From: Amoebophrya sp. A120
Taxonomy: Eukaryota > Protista > Dinoflagellata
Direction of reading: 5' to 3'
Assembly (NCBI GenBank): GCA_905178155.1
Contig: CAJINV010000004.1
Coordinates: forward strand, 94,969 to 158,968
DNA: 64,000 nucleotides
Shown: in pieces, positions 36,201 through 48,211 of the stretch
Numbering within the stretch: position 1 is the stretch's first letter
How the letters are laid out: every line of letters begins with the position of its first letter
Program-made: the position numbers and the translations under genes
Notes under the pieces: model-generated
What the model was told of the DNA's origin: nothing
The model's input: only the letters and a program-made list of their open reading frames with translations
The model's database searches: none

Positions 36201-39007
36201 GAGTTTCTCATGCAGGATAGGCATGAGAGCGCTCGCACAGAATCTGTCATGCTCCGTCCTGCATTCCAGACCCCATGGGTCATGCAAAAGCTGCATGACA
36301 AACCTGGCAATCTTCCTGACCCAGACATTTTTACATTTGATACGGTGCACCGCGATCGCATATTGAGAAACACGAGGGAGCAATACGAGCGGTTGTTGGA
36401 GCAAACCGGCGTTGTCATGGGGGACTGCCGGGAAAATGTTCCTACCCTAGAAGAAACCAAATCATAAAACAGCATCGCGGTGGTCGTCCTCGGCGAGTCG
36501 GCTGCTCGACGAGAATGAAGACGACTTGCATCACAAACACCACGCTGCTCTCTTACCTGCCCGAAAACTTGGCAGGCCAGGTAAGAGAGCGCCGTGGTGT
36601 TTGGGCCAATTTTTTTTTCGGCCGACGCGACCTTTTTTCCTTCCAAGCGCCACGCTATGCTCTTACCTGGCCTCAAAGTCTGGAGGCCCAGGTAAGAGCA
36701 CAGCATGGCGCTTGTGCTTCAAGAATGTGAATGTCTCACGCTTTGGCCACCTCCTCAGGCCAGCACGTTTTCGCATCCCAAACACCACGCTGCTCTCTTA
36801 CCTGGCCCCAAAACCTGGCAACCCAGGTAAGAGAGTGCCGTGGTGTTTGGGCGAATTTTTTTTTCGGCCGACGCGACCTTTTTTCCAAGCGCCACGCTAT
36901 GCTCTTACCGGGCCTCAAAGCCTAGAGGCCCCGGTAAGAGCGCAGCGTGCTGCTTGTGCCTCAAGATCACCCCCCTTATCTGGCTTTCTCGGGCCAAGAC
37001 ATTTTCGCATCACAAACACCGCGCTGCTCTCTTACCTGGCCCCAAAACCTGGCAGCCCAGGTAAGAGAGTGCAATGGTGTTTGGGCCAACTTTCGGTGGC
37101 CGGAGCAATCTTTTTCCCCGGCGCCACGCTATGCTCGTAGCTTGGCGGCCAAGAATCTATTTTTGATCTACTCCCTCCAAATTTTTAGTCGAAGAAATTC
37201 ACTACCAAAAACCGTATCGCGGTGGTCCTCGGCTAGTCGGCTGCTCGACGAGAATGAAGACGACTCGCAAGATTATCCTATTTGAAAATGTCCCCACCCT
37301 ATTACTATCTATTATATTCATGCGAAAGTAGAGGTCTACAGAGGATAAAAGAGAGGTGGCCGAGAGGTCAAAAAGAGGCCGACAGAGGTAAAAAAGAGGT
37401 CGACAGAGGTGAAGAGGTGGCGCGGGAGGTCTTTCGAGAGGGAGACCGAGAGGCGGCGCGAGTATAGCCCGCCGAAGGGTCCACCCTTTAGCGCCGCTGA
37501 AGCGCCTCGGAGGGTGCAGAGAGGTGGAAAGGAGGGCAAGCGAGAGGTGGGCAGAGGTGCCGAGAGGTTGCGCGAATAAGGCGGGACCTCTTGCGCACCC
37601 TCTCGGCGACCTCCCGGCCACCTCTGTAGCCCTCTGCCCGCGAGTATAGCCCGACTATTAGCGGGGACCCCCGAGAGAGGTCAAAAAGAGGGGCCGCGAG
37701 AGGGTCCAAAAAACCCGAATCCGCCCGGCACGCGGCCGATTTTTCTGGGGCTTTTTCATTGCGCAGGCCCACGCCCTCTCGTGCTACCACCTCGCGCACC
37801 CTCTCGCGCACCCTCCCGCGTCACCCTCTCGCGCGTGATCAAAAAAGGACAGCGCGGCCCCCGTTCTGCTTCGGTAGGCACCTACGCCGAGGCGGTTTCG
37901 CTTCGTCCTCAAGCTTCGTTGCGGCTGCTCCCTGCGCATAGCGCCGGAAGGCGCGGGAAGCGCGCAGGAAGCACAGCGGGCTGAGATGACGCAAACCGCG
38001 CCGGTATTTCCCTCGACCTATCACGTCGCGCGCAATCAAAGCCATGGCGTTGTGGCCCTGTCCGCAAATAGTCCTGCCCCGCCACAACAGCCGCTCGCCC
38101 CGGCGTCAGCCGGGGCATGGCTGGTAGTTGTAATGCAAATCTGCATGCTGAGAATGTTTCTCATGCGGAGCCCCATGAGAACCATTCTCTAGTCGTGTTT
38201 TGAAATTTGTCATTCTCCAATCAGCATGGTATGCTAGATCTGTGATGCTGCTCAGCTAGCTCAAACAGCACTACGCTACGAATCCAAATTTGTCATGCAA
38301 AACAGCCAAAGCTTGTGGATTTGTCTAGCCGATTCCCCATCTTGACTATGGTGTGGGGACGTTTTTACTCAGGATACAAGATTGATGAATTCCTTGTTGA
38401 AGATAGTAGAACAAGCACATTTAAATTTATCCCAGTTAAAGCTTTGACGAAAAACAGCAAGCTCCTAGTACAGGGAAAAGGCAACTTCTCCGCAGCCCCC
38501 GTGTAGCGCCGTCGACGCCGATTTGCCATACGTTTACGTGATTATGGTTTTTTTTTCATCTTGCATAACTGTGCACGGCAAGCCGAAATCTTTCTATCAG
38601 GGGGTGGTGTTCGAGCGGTTGTGGCATGTCATTTTCGGCGAGGCGTTGGTTGTCGAGAGGCGCAAAGACCGAAAGGATCTAGCGGGTGAGACTATCAAAT
38701 GCAAAAGTGTCTGGGTCTGGAACAAAGCAACTTGTCATCCTAAATCTGAATCGTGTAAAAATCTGTGTTGCATGATTACCAAAAGCTGTCCACTTTTGAC
38801 CTAATCGAGAGGCAGTCTCTCATGCAGAGTAGGCATGTAGAACTCTCACGACAGAATCTGTCATGCTATGTCCTACATGCCAGACGACCTCATGGGTTAT
38901 GGAAAACCTGCAGGACAAATCTGGCAATCGTCCAGACCCAGACACTTTCACTTTTGCAATCCATAGAGACTGTCATACGAGGATGGCACGATTACGACGG
39001 ACCTTGA
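33233..39007 (+). CDS. DUF3431-like protein (multi-exon)
   Basis: Motifs in the expected order: VVVRCSEDISWL; DEASGYLTYILQAWPQFPEWVAFLQ; AGAQFAVHRDRILRNTREQYERLL (after splicing); GVVFERLWHVIFGE; splicing of 36.45-38.6 kb unresolved. Confidence 0.75.
33523..33832. mobile_element. Aged family H element
   Basis: tatgttggaaccgtcaggattgaaatcgtcaaag...ctttgtcgatttcaaacctgacactcccata; cctga on both sides but offset 3 nt on the left. Confidence 0.75.
33949..34224. mobile_element. Introner-like element, family A
   Basis: tatgcatcgcaaatgtttctgggtctggaa...ttccagacccagacac..tttgcatttgata; DR aaaaa/aaaaa. Confidence 0.85.
34298..34606. mobile_element. Introner-like element, family C
   Basis: tatcaaaaggaagcatcccctctccccatatc...gatatggggaggtgcaatttttcctcacaata; DR ggggc/ggggc. 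Confidence 0.85.
35161..35342. mobile_element. Aged family B element
   Basis: tatgccttg...gagtgcggtactttgcgcaggtggata; DR ttctt/ttctt; joins TASF|FRKRQFPGWCW. Confidence 0.75.
35706..36027. mobile_element. Introner-like element, family C
   Basis: tatcgtgaggaaaaatcccccctcccc...ggggtgggggcttttttcactttgata; DR agcct/agcct. Confidence 0.9.
36081..36342. mobile_element. Introner-like element, family A
   Basis: tatcaaatgtaaaaatgtctgggtc...gacccagacatttttacatttgata; DR cggtg/cggtg; joins QFAV|HRDRIL. Confidence 0.93.
36474..37269. mobile_element. ~690-bp hairpin-array insert flanked by ~55-bp imperfect direct repeats
   Basis: atcgcggtggtc..ctcggc.agtcggctgctcgacgagaatgaagacgact.gca at 36474 and 37216. 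Confidence 0.8.
37274..38376. mobile_element. Family E element carrying about 0.8 kb of GC-rich cargo
   Basis: tatcctatttgaaaatgtccccac...gtggggacgtttttactcaggata; flanked by caagat/caagat; right end matches the left end at 7199. Confidence 0.75.
38693..38965. mobile_element. Introner-like element, family A
   Basis: tatcaaatgcaaaagtgtctgggtctgga...tccagacccagacactttcacttttgcaatccata; DR gagac/gagac. Confidence 0.9.
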
Positions 39008-40022
39008 GCCTGATTGCGGGGGTGGTCCTGTTGAGGAGTCATAGATAAGTACCGCGGACACGAGCAGATGCTCCTTCTCATGAATCACTAATGCGAAGAG
39101 TTAAGTATGTAGGCGTCGACATCGTGGCTGCTCCAACATTTTTCACAGCTTGAGCTTTGATTTTGATAAATTAATTCTGATTTTTCCAATGCTGCCATCA
39201 ATACAAGAGTTTCACGACGAGCCTCGTAAGAAAGCGAGCACATCAACACGGTGATGTTGAAAACCTGCATACGTTTCAACCATGGTGCACAATTCAGATA
39301 TTGACATATGGTAAAGTCAACATTTTCCTAGCACCAGGACCTCCAGCATCAAGTCGAAATTAATAAGCCCCCCTTCGTCGGTACTACGCAATTACTTTAT
39401 GTGCTATTCGAATGAGGACCTCTAGTACCTGGAGCATGCACTTTATAATAAAGCGTAGCTCGGTTCGTTCTGAATGCAAGTTTTCATTCGATGATCATGT
39501 GACAAGTAGGCTCGCAGGAGCGCCATCTGCTTATCATATTATATGAGTAAACAACGACCATAAGGAGCAAGAGTGCCTTGGTTCGTGCGCTCATGAAGAT
39601 GGAGCTCAAGACACTCAACGTGGCGTGATATGATCCTAAACCACCACCCAAGGCTCGCCGAGGGAATAAATTCAGAACGCCAAGTGTGTTGTGGTGAACG
39701 AGTGAAGCATTAACAAAAGTCAGCGGGCTCCTCACTCTTGTGCTGCAAACATCAAAAGAAAGCACTTTATTTTTCAACCATTTTATACTGGAAAATTAAA
39801 AACAACGGGAAGAAGATTGTTCTGCTTCGACTTGTTCTAGCTGGTATACTTTTTATAAATTTTCAAGTTTCTTTTTTTGGTGGGTCCGGGTCGTACGACT
39901 GTAATATTGAAGTTGATGAATTTTGGACGGCGCCCACATCGTGCACGATTGGCCCGACAAGGAAGAACACGACTGTGCTTGTCATCGGGAGGTACTAGTA
40001 ATCTAGAAAAACCACGGACATC

Positions 40023-42690
40023 ATGGGCGCCGGCGAGTCCAGTGCCGGGGACGGCAATCAGGATCCGATCATCGACCGGAGTCAGTACTATGACGGCCCC
40101 AACGTGATTGAGTTGGCCTACAGTCCGTTGGGTGGCTTTGGTGGCTTCACGGCCTACCACTCCAGCGTAGTAGTTAACGGCACCGAGTTATCAAATGCAA
40201 ATATGTGTCTGGGTCTGGAAGCATGTAACTTGTGATGCTGCATTTGGATACTACAAAAATCTGTATTGCATGAACAGCAAAACAAGAGGTCCAACTTTTG
40301 CCACTGCGAGAGGGCATTATTTCTCGTGCGGTATAGGCATCAGGAAGCCCTGCTCACAAAATCTGTGATGCTAGAGCATGCATCACAGACGTAAGGAGTC
40401 ATGTAAAATGTGCATGACAAACCCAATGAAAAAAAAAAAAAAATGTGCATGACAAACCTCGCATCCTTCCAGACCCAGACATATTTGCATTTGATACGAG
40501 TACTTTTTTGACGGCAACGGCATCGAATCCTCCTCAAACTCTATCAATTGCAAATATGTCGGGGTTTCGAAACTTGTGTTGCAGACTGGCTGCCTGCGGC
40601 ATAACAGCATGAGAAATTTCCCTCGGCTCCTTGCGAATTCATCATTCGTATTACAACGTCCAGCACGAAAAAAAAGAACTGGCCCATCGTATCGATGTTG
40701 TCCTTCAAATTTCGCATCACAAATCCGGACCCAGACATACTTGCAATGCATAGACTTTGCCTCGCACCAATTTGCCGACCAGCAGGGGGGCGATGGTAAT
40801 TTGCCCGGCGGCGCGGCGGGACAACCGGCGGACTTTGCAAACTCGCAGCAGTCCATGACAACCTCTTCCTCCAGCAGTCGGGGCGGCCCACAGGGAGGTG
40901 GTGGTGGTGCTCCCGCGCAGCGGTCCAAGATGCAAATCATGAAGATATCAAGTGCATCAAATATGTCTGGATCCTCTGGAGAAGTGCAAACTCGTCAATG
41001 AGTCCTTTGGGTCACACAAAAATACGTCTTGCATGTCACTACCAAAAGTCATAAACTTTTCTTCAAGGTGACGAGAGGCAGCTTCTCATGTGCGACATGC
41101 TGGATAGGCAGTATACTATAAAGACCTTGCAGAGCGGCCAGAATCTGTGATGCTAGAAGGTCCTGTGTGTCAGAACACATCTTCAGGTGAGAAAAACCTT
41201 AAGCTTCATAAAGAGAAGTTCAAGTAGGTTTGCATTCTTCCAGAGGACCCGGACGTGATTGCATTCGACAGAAGATGGGTAAGAGCAACAAAACCGGGAC
41301 ACAGCTTGTACAGGCTCTCCGCAAGTACTTTCCGGCCGATATCAAACAGCAGAAATTTGAATTTCATTTTCCAATCAGGCGAAAAAGTGGTCAACGGATT
41401 TGCATAATAAATTACTGTCGTGCTCATGGTCATGCTTTCTTTGTTCTTATTGTTGTTTGATCTTCTTCCATGTGCATGTGATTCCGTACGTAAATGTTTG
41501 CCAGCTACGCTCCTTCGTTACTTAGTGTCTCACTTGTGATACCCTTTTTTGTATTGGACGTGGAACTCACGGTGGAGAACTACAAAACTGTGGTGCAGGT
41601 GGCACCTTCTGCGGTGATTTGAAGCGCAGCGAAGAAGATCATGATGAGTGTATCTGTATACGATAGTAGTACGAGGAAGCTGAGAGCGCTGCTCGCCATA
41701 GTACGCGGCCCGAGATGAAAGGAAAATGATTTTCCTGCATGATAGCGGGCCACTACGATCTGCTACGCAAGAATTGCAACTCGTTTTCCGACGTCGCGCT
41801 TTTCTATTGTTTGGGAATCAGGCTGGATAAGTCGTTCAGGTATAAATCAAAATCTAAAAACGGAGCGGGTCGTTTATTGCAGCTGCTTTTCTTTCAGTAG
41901 AAAAGAAAAGGAATTTATTTTTCCGGCATGGTCTCTACTGCTACTGGCCACTGTGACTGAAGGTTGAGTCATGATGAGTGCTGATGAAGATGAAGATGAT
42001 GTCTTGTTCACGAGTGAACTTGAACTATCTTAACGTGGTTAACGAATAGTGTGAATTGATTGTGATTTTTGAAAAGTACTTATATAAAACAGAAAAATGG
42101 AGAAGCTGGGGCAGTCGTGGCAAGGCCTACTGGGAGATCAGTATGAGCCCAATCCGATGGCGGACAACTTTGACGTAGAAATATGCAGCGCAAACAAGAT
42201 CCTGCAAAAATAGATGCAAAATGGAAATGAAGGAAGCACATCAAAAATCGTGACCTTGACGAGATACCGAAGTAGAACATGTCTCATCAATCAGCTGCGC
42301 TTATTTTATATCCCGGGAACGGAACGATCAAAAAAACTTGAGCAGCCTCTATATGATCATAGACGCTGCATCTTCCTGTATTCTTGTTTTTCTTGAATGA
42401 CTATGACCGAGTCATCATGCATCTCTATCTATTTTCGCACAACTGCTCCTGCTCCATACGAAACGGTCATCGCCGATATCGACCCGGCCAAAATGTGGCG
42501 AACGCCCGGGTACACGCTTGGAACCGGCAGCGTGACGACACCAGGCGGACAGCAGCCCAGCGGAGGTGCCGGGGAAGGTGCCGGGCAGCTCAGCGCGGAG
42601 GAAATGCGCAGGAAGAGACTGGAAGCTTTGGAAAAAAGACAACAAGCGCTTGCCTTGGCGGAAAACAACAAACCGAATGTGAATGAATGA
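40023..42690 (+). CDS. PPPDE/DeSI-family peptidase (deSUMOylase/deubiquitinase-like)
   Basis: Spliced AYHSSVVVNGTEYFFDGNGI (catalytic His) and HYDLLRKNCNSFSD (catalytic Cys); five TAT-type elements plus a GT-AG intron at 41840-42092; ends EEMRRKRLEALEKRQQ...NVNE*. Confidence 0.88.
40189..40496. mobile_element. Introner-like element, family A
   Basis: tatcaaatgcaaatatgtgtctgggtctggaag...cttccagacccagacatatttgcatttgata; DR cgagt/cgagt. Confidence 0.93.
40542..40752. mobile_element. Family A-like element
   Basis: tatcaattgcaaatatgtc...gacatacttgcaatgcata; DR aactc/gactt. Confidence 0.8.
40946..41270. mobile_element. Aged family A element with an ACA right end
   Basis: tatcaagtgcatcaaatatgtctggatcctctgga...tccagaggacccggacgtgattgcattcgaca; DR gaaga/gaaga. 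Confidence 0.8.
41340..41744. mobile_element. Decayed TAT...ATA intron
   Basis: tatcaaacagcagaaat...attttcctgcatgata; DR gccga/gcggg; removal needed for YFPA(G/D)HYDLL. Confidence 0.7.
42182..42458. mobile_element. Decayed TAT...ATA intron
   Basis: tatgcagc...gctccata; DR agaaa/cgaaa; joins FDVE|TVIADID. Confidence 0.65.
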
Positions 42691-43210
42691 TAGAAAAGGG
42701 TTGCAAGAATGGTCTTCTTGGTCTCGTCGAAATAGTAGATTACGTAAACGAACGAAATAAAACTGCCGCTCCGCCTTACTAGTGCGTCTATTTTGTTATT
42801 GAAACAACTCAACAGTCCAAGACAATTGATACAAAAAAGAAAATTGTCAAAATCCTATGAGGAAAGCAGACGTGGGTGCCGCGTTATTGATAACGATTAT
42901 TAGTGTTCTTTCTATACATAGTGATAGACTGAACGACGAGCCTCATAGAGTGGTGCCGTCAAGAAGAAGATCAGGAGTTTTCCCACTGCGAAAAAAGAAG
43001 GGCTGGTAGTGTCAAGACAATCGTGCAGAATGTTGCGTACCACGATATCGTGAGTAGCTTGTTTATGTCAGGCAGCCACACCTACGCGTACGCCATGCAG
43101 GATCCCGTTTTTCCGTCAGGTCTGGTACAGATTTTTGCCATGATCTAGACTTTACATCACAAATTCGAATCCATTCAGGAGACCCAGCAGACATTTTTGC
43201 ATTTGATGCG

Positions 43211-45083
43211 GCTGTTGATGAGGACTCGTGTAGCGACTCCGCCGATTGTAACCCCATATCGCAAGAAAAAAGTTTTACAGTGACACATTGTGTTGCAAGA
43301 CCTGCAACACAGACAACCTTTCTCATGAAGGAAATGCTTAGGAGCCTCGTTCCCTTCCTGTTTTCCCTTAGCCTTATGATCTTCGCATTACAAGTTTTCT
43401 CTGTCACACAGAGAAAATTTGTGATGCAGAAACTCGAACAAATGTGTAACTGTAACACTTTTTTCTTGTGATACCCCATGAACCCGCTGCACTACCGAGA
43501 AGGCGGGGACCTGCAATACCGCAGCATGTGTTCGCTAGCAACTGGCACAGCCTCTCCGGCCGCCCACCTCGCACTGGCGGCGGACAAGGTGACGGTGTCG
43601 AGCGAGTTCAACGAGCACACCGCCGCGCCACTGCTCGTTGACGGAAACGTGGCCGGTGGTATGTTCACAACTGCCGACAACTCTTATGGCGCACCAGCCC
43701 AGAAGTGCCCCTGGATACAAATAGAGTTACCCGACGACACTCCGGTGAGCCATGTGGAGCTGAGCACGCAGCACGAAGGAAGTAACCTATTTCGGCTTCG
43801 CCGATTGTTTTTCATTTATGAGGATCATTCCCAGACGTGGGACGCTGGGAACTCGGGCCGGCCGGAGGGAAACCTCGCCAGGGAGCAGAACGCCGGCCTT
43901 CGGGTTCTGCTCACCAACACCGCACGCGACAGGACCGCCACTTCCCAATGGCATACCCCATCCGCGACCCGGCAGTGGTGGAAGGGGACCGCGGCTGGGG
44001 ACCCTTGTCCGGACCCTGATCCTGTCGAAGTCTGCGAGCACATCATCTGCAAAGAAGGCGAAGGAGCTACCTGCAAACAAGACCGGTTCCCGGCGTCCGG
44101 GGCCGTGGCCACCGCTAAAGTGACCTGCGGGGACAAGAAGGGCAAGTACCTCACCATCGAGCTGTATGGAACTGTCAGGATTGAAATCGTCAAAGTTGAA
44201 ATAGTTTGTCATGCATAAAATGCAACGCGAGCGCAGAAATGAAAACGCCTGTCTTGCAGAGTAGGCAAGGGAGGCAGATTGTGAGCCTGTTTCGGGGTAG
44301 AAGTAGAGCTTCTCAAGTAGCATCACAAAAGGCGTCCTCCTTACCCAAACTAACAGCATTACAAACTGGATTTCGGCTCTACTCAAATTTGTCATGCGCC
44401 GCTTACAAATTGGACTTGCAACTGGTATCGATTTTATGCATTACAAGTTATTTCAACTTTGTCGATTTCAACTCTGACACATCCATAAGCTGCCCGGCAT
44501 CACGGCCTCCATGGCTGCCGATTACACTGCTCCATCGAAGCGCATGCTCAACCTGAACGAAGTGCAGGTGTTTGCCGCCACCAGCCTACCAAGAGGGAAA
44601 TGGCGCGTGCAGTTTCGGGACAACCAGCCCCGCTACGTCACCCGCTTCCGCATTTTTCCGCGTCTCTATCCTGACGGAAAGATAAATGTTCGAGACCAAA
44701 ACAGGATCAAAGGAGCAAAGATTTACTTTGACGATGAGACCACCAGTTCGCAGAGCTTGCCGGTACCCTTTCCCGAAATTAATCATTACGATGCGTCTGT
44801 CCACCGCGTCCTGAAGTCCATTACGATCGAGGGGCTGCACGACCATCAGCTCACCATCTGTGGATTCCACCTGTTCGTGCCAGCGGACCAGCCTCGAACG
44901 GCAACCGTGGTACCACCGGAAGTGAGTACTCGCCTCCTTCGAGCGGAGCACCCGCTGCTCCAGCAGGCACAGCAAGGCGACCGGCTCAGGTTTCGCTTTC
45001 TTGGGGAGTTCGGGAAAACCAAGTCCGCAAACTACAAACACCATTTGTTGCGCTTTCACGTGACCCCTGCGTATCAGACGTGA
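43211..45083 (+). CDS. F-type lectin (fucolectin/discoidin-fold)-like protein; 5' end uncertain
   Basis: LLVDGN...PWIQIELPDDTPVSHVEL...GKYLTIEL|PG...LNLNEVQVF resembles FTP-domain motifs; a second divergent domain follows. Confidence 0.6.
43257..43473. mobile_element. Introner-like element, family G-like
   Basis: tatcgcaagaaaaaagttttacagtgacaca...tgtgtaactgtaacacttttttcttgtgata; DR cccca/cccca. Confidence 0.9.
44165..44487. mobile_element. Introner-like element, family H
   Basis: tatggaactgtcaggattgaaatcgtcaaagttgaaata...tatttcaactttgtcgatttcaactctgacacatccata; DR agctg/agctg. Confidence 0.92.
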
Positions 45084-45239
45084 AAGAAGATAATATGAAA
45101 TAAATATGACATCGATCTGCTCCATCTTCTACTGTAGCGCGCGCCCGCGCCGCGACTTCTGTAATTATTATATGGAGGCCCGCTCAGGTCGTAATAATTT
45201 ACTCTTTATGATGTATATCATGCAAATAACGGCGCCGCA

Positions 45240-46748
45240 TTAAAAAAGAAAAAAGACGATGTCGATCGCCTGAACCACGATGTCGATCGCGCTTATTCCG
45301 GCAGCCCGGGCGCCAGAAGGGCATTCCGGACGGAGCAGTCCCGGGGCCGGGCGACTGGTGTGCGTCTCTGTTGCCAAGGGGAGACGTTGCGTATTGGCTT
45401 GCCCAGTTACCGCCCTCGTAGATGGTTTGTGTATTTTTCCCTATTTGTCGGAGAACAGAAATTCGAACTCCGATTTTCTGCTTCCGAGGTGCATTTCAAA
45501 ATCAAGTTCAAAATCCGTTCAAAATCCGTTCAAGACCAAATTTCTAATATGGCGAAGAGGTTTTGAACGGATTTTGAACGGAATTTGAACGGAGGTTTGA
45601 GTTTCGTTTTGAAATTGGTGGAAAATTTGAATCACGTTTTGAAATTGGTGGGAAAGTTGAAATACGTTTTGAAATTGGCCTGTGGGATGAATTTCGTTTT
45701 GAAATTGGCCTCCCTCATCAATGACGCTTCGAAATTCCAACCCGGGGCGAAGCCACGCTGCGAGCCTACGGCCTGGGCTAGTCGACCGCCAGCATGCGTG
45801 AAAATTGCCGCCAAATAGCCTCCGCAGCAGCAGCGGCAAAGGTATTTTGGGGGCGCGCGCGCTGCGCGCGCGCAGTACTCGTCTTTCATTCGCCAGCTAG
45901 GGCTAGCAATGCCGCGCGCCCTGTGTCCTTCTTCGTGTTTTGGCAAAGCGCATCGAGGCGCGAAGGCCTGTGGCATCGCTTGGAAAGGATGGTTGGAAGC
46001 CGGACAACCTGAGGCCGTCGGGCTTTTGTGTTCCCTTGTCCACGCCCCCCAATGTTGTCGCTGCGCGGCTAGTTGTCTTCCTTCAGGTAGATTCATTGTC
46101 TCTTCGGCAGTTGTTGCTCCCGACGTGGTCGCTTCGGGAGTTCGACGCGGGCCGCGACGGTGGCAACCGAAGGGCCGGGCTTCTCTTGTCACTCGCCTTA
46201 CATCAAAAAAAGCAACGCGCCCCCCTGAAGGCTGGGCGATTTTTCGTACTCACCCGGGCGAGTAGCATAGCGTAGCCTCCTCGTGTAGTGTGGCTGGCCT
46301 TTGTTTGCGGCGCCTCCCACCTCCGCGGCCCGCCCCGAACTGCCTACGGCCGGCGGACGGGGTGCCCTCTGCCCGGCGCTTTCCTTTCACTAACCGGCGC
46401 AAGGCGCTCGGCCGGTGAGGTCGTGGATAGATGCTCGCCAAGGATGGTGCGCGAGCGGTACAACACCACGAGCGGGCGATGAGTAGTGGGAGTCTGCTTG
46501 CGGCTATTGGCCCCAAAGCGTGCATTGCGTGGGATGACGACGAGACCTTGGCCAGGTTCTGTGGTGAGGCATGGCAACTGCTGACTTTTTTTGCAAAATG
46601 ATCCTTGCCACAGGTGTCCAGCGGCACCGTGAAAGTCTGAAGCCTTGAAATTTTGAATTTGGTTTGAATTCGATTTGAAAAAGAATTAATTTTCGGCGAC
46701 TTTGGATTTAAAAAAGAAAAAAGACGACGTCGATCGCCTGAACCACGA
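45240..46748. mobile_element. 1427-bp insert flanked by 41-bp direct repeats (1 mismatch)
   Basis: ttaaaaaagaaaaaagacga(t/c)gtcgatcgcctgaaccacga at 45240 and 46708. Confidence 0.85.
45605..45738. repeat. 30-bp-period array of cgttttgaaattgg with variable spacers
   Basis: Units at 45605, 45635, 45665 and 45695; degenerate unit at 45725. Confidence 0.9.
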
Positions 46749-48211
46749 CTCTGATGTTGATGAAGCAGCAGAATACAGAAAGGAACCACACGAATTCGCT
46801 TTTCGAACTCTCTTGGATTTCTTCCACCAACAAATGGTGGAACTAGTAGTGTGCTTATTTTTTTAATGATAGAAGATGAACAAGAACAAAGAGAAGATAC
46901 TAGTGTATTTAGATTTACATTTTCTCCTATGATGTAGAAGACTATGCGTATGTGCTGTTGGAGGTGCAGAATATTTTTTTATTCTAGTTTTATCCTTAGC
47001 CTCAATCGTTTCACTAGTCGGCGTCTTTCGAAAAGGCAAAGCTCCTTTTTTTGACGAAGCGCTTTACTTTTTTGTTCCCAAGTGTCGCCGATATTTTTTT
47101 ATTTTTTTTGAAGCTGGTGCATGCGGTGTTTTTTTTAAAAAAATTGCAGAAACAACAGAGCAGGCCGGAAAAGGAAACCGAAGAAGGACCTCTATTAACC
47201 AAACAAGATCGATGAAGTGTCGGCTAAAATAAATGGCATCAAAACTACGGTATGTAGATGACAAGTTGGAGGCTCTGGTACGCACAGACTAAGAACGCTG
47301 CAGTGCTCCAGATGTGGTGGTGGAGTGTGGAAGTATGTAGCGTCACAGACCTTAGCCACGATGCAAGATTCTTGAAGCAATAAATATAGTACGTACTAGG
47401 TGAAGTGAGTTCGCCGAACGGCAGTTGTTCTAGCCCATGCTTATTTTCCGAAAACGGCCGGCAGTCTTCAGTGCTGTTCTTGTAAGGCGTTTCCTCTAAG
47501 CGCTAAGACTGCTAAGCGTACCAGCCTGGTTGGCTCTGTGACAAACGAAACACGGCGGGGATCCATCGTTGACCGATCTACGAAACGACGACGTTGTTGG
47601 CGAGCCAGCAAAGGAGGCGCAATTATCATTAAACACTGGACTCGGGCCGCGATGGTAGCAAGGGAGCACGGCTCGTAAAGAAAACGATGAAACAAGTCCT
47701 AATTAGATGTCTATCTAGATAAACAGGATTTCAAATCACAAGGAAGGAAAAGATCAAGGTGAAAAAGATCAAGACGAAACAAGAGCAGCAAAAAGGACTA
47801 CAGAAGGAAAAAACAACGAAAACGGATCCAGAGGCCAGTAGCGACGTTTTCGCGATGGATCGCATGGTCATTTTCATGCTTGGACTTTTCATTTTTGCAC
47901 CAGCGTTGTTTGGTGTATTTTACTTGATCATTATATTTGGACGAAGGAAGCAGGCGAAGGCGGTGCGCAAAAACATATATGCGCATTTCGGCCACGCAAC
48001 TGCGTCTAGTACGCCTGGTGCATCTACATGTCTAGTACGCCTTGTGCATCTACATCCTCTACCTCTTGTGCTTTAGTTTACTTTAGGAACCTCAAATCTT
48101 CTGCATCGGCACGACTAATTAGCACCACGCCCACCACGACCATTTGATGGATCTAGAAGTTGTTGTTGTGCGTGATTATACTATTTATTCTTCTTTTAGT
48201 ACACAAACGAG

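Noticed and set aside
47759-48076. Small single-pass membrane protein ORF
   Set aside because: A hydrophobic stretch is present, but it has a GTG start, no recognisable family and no supporting splice evidence.
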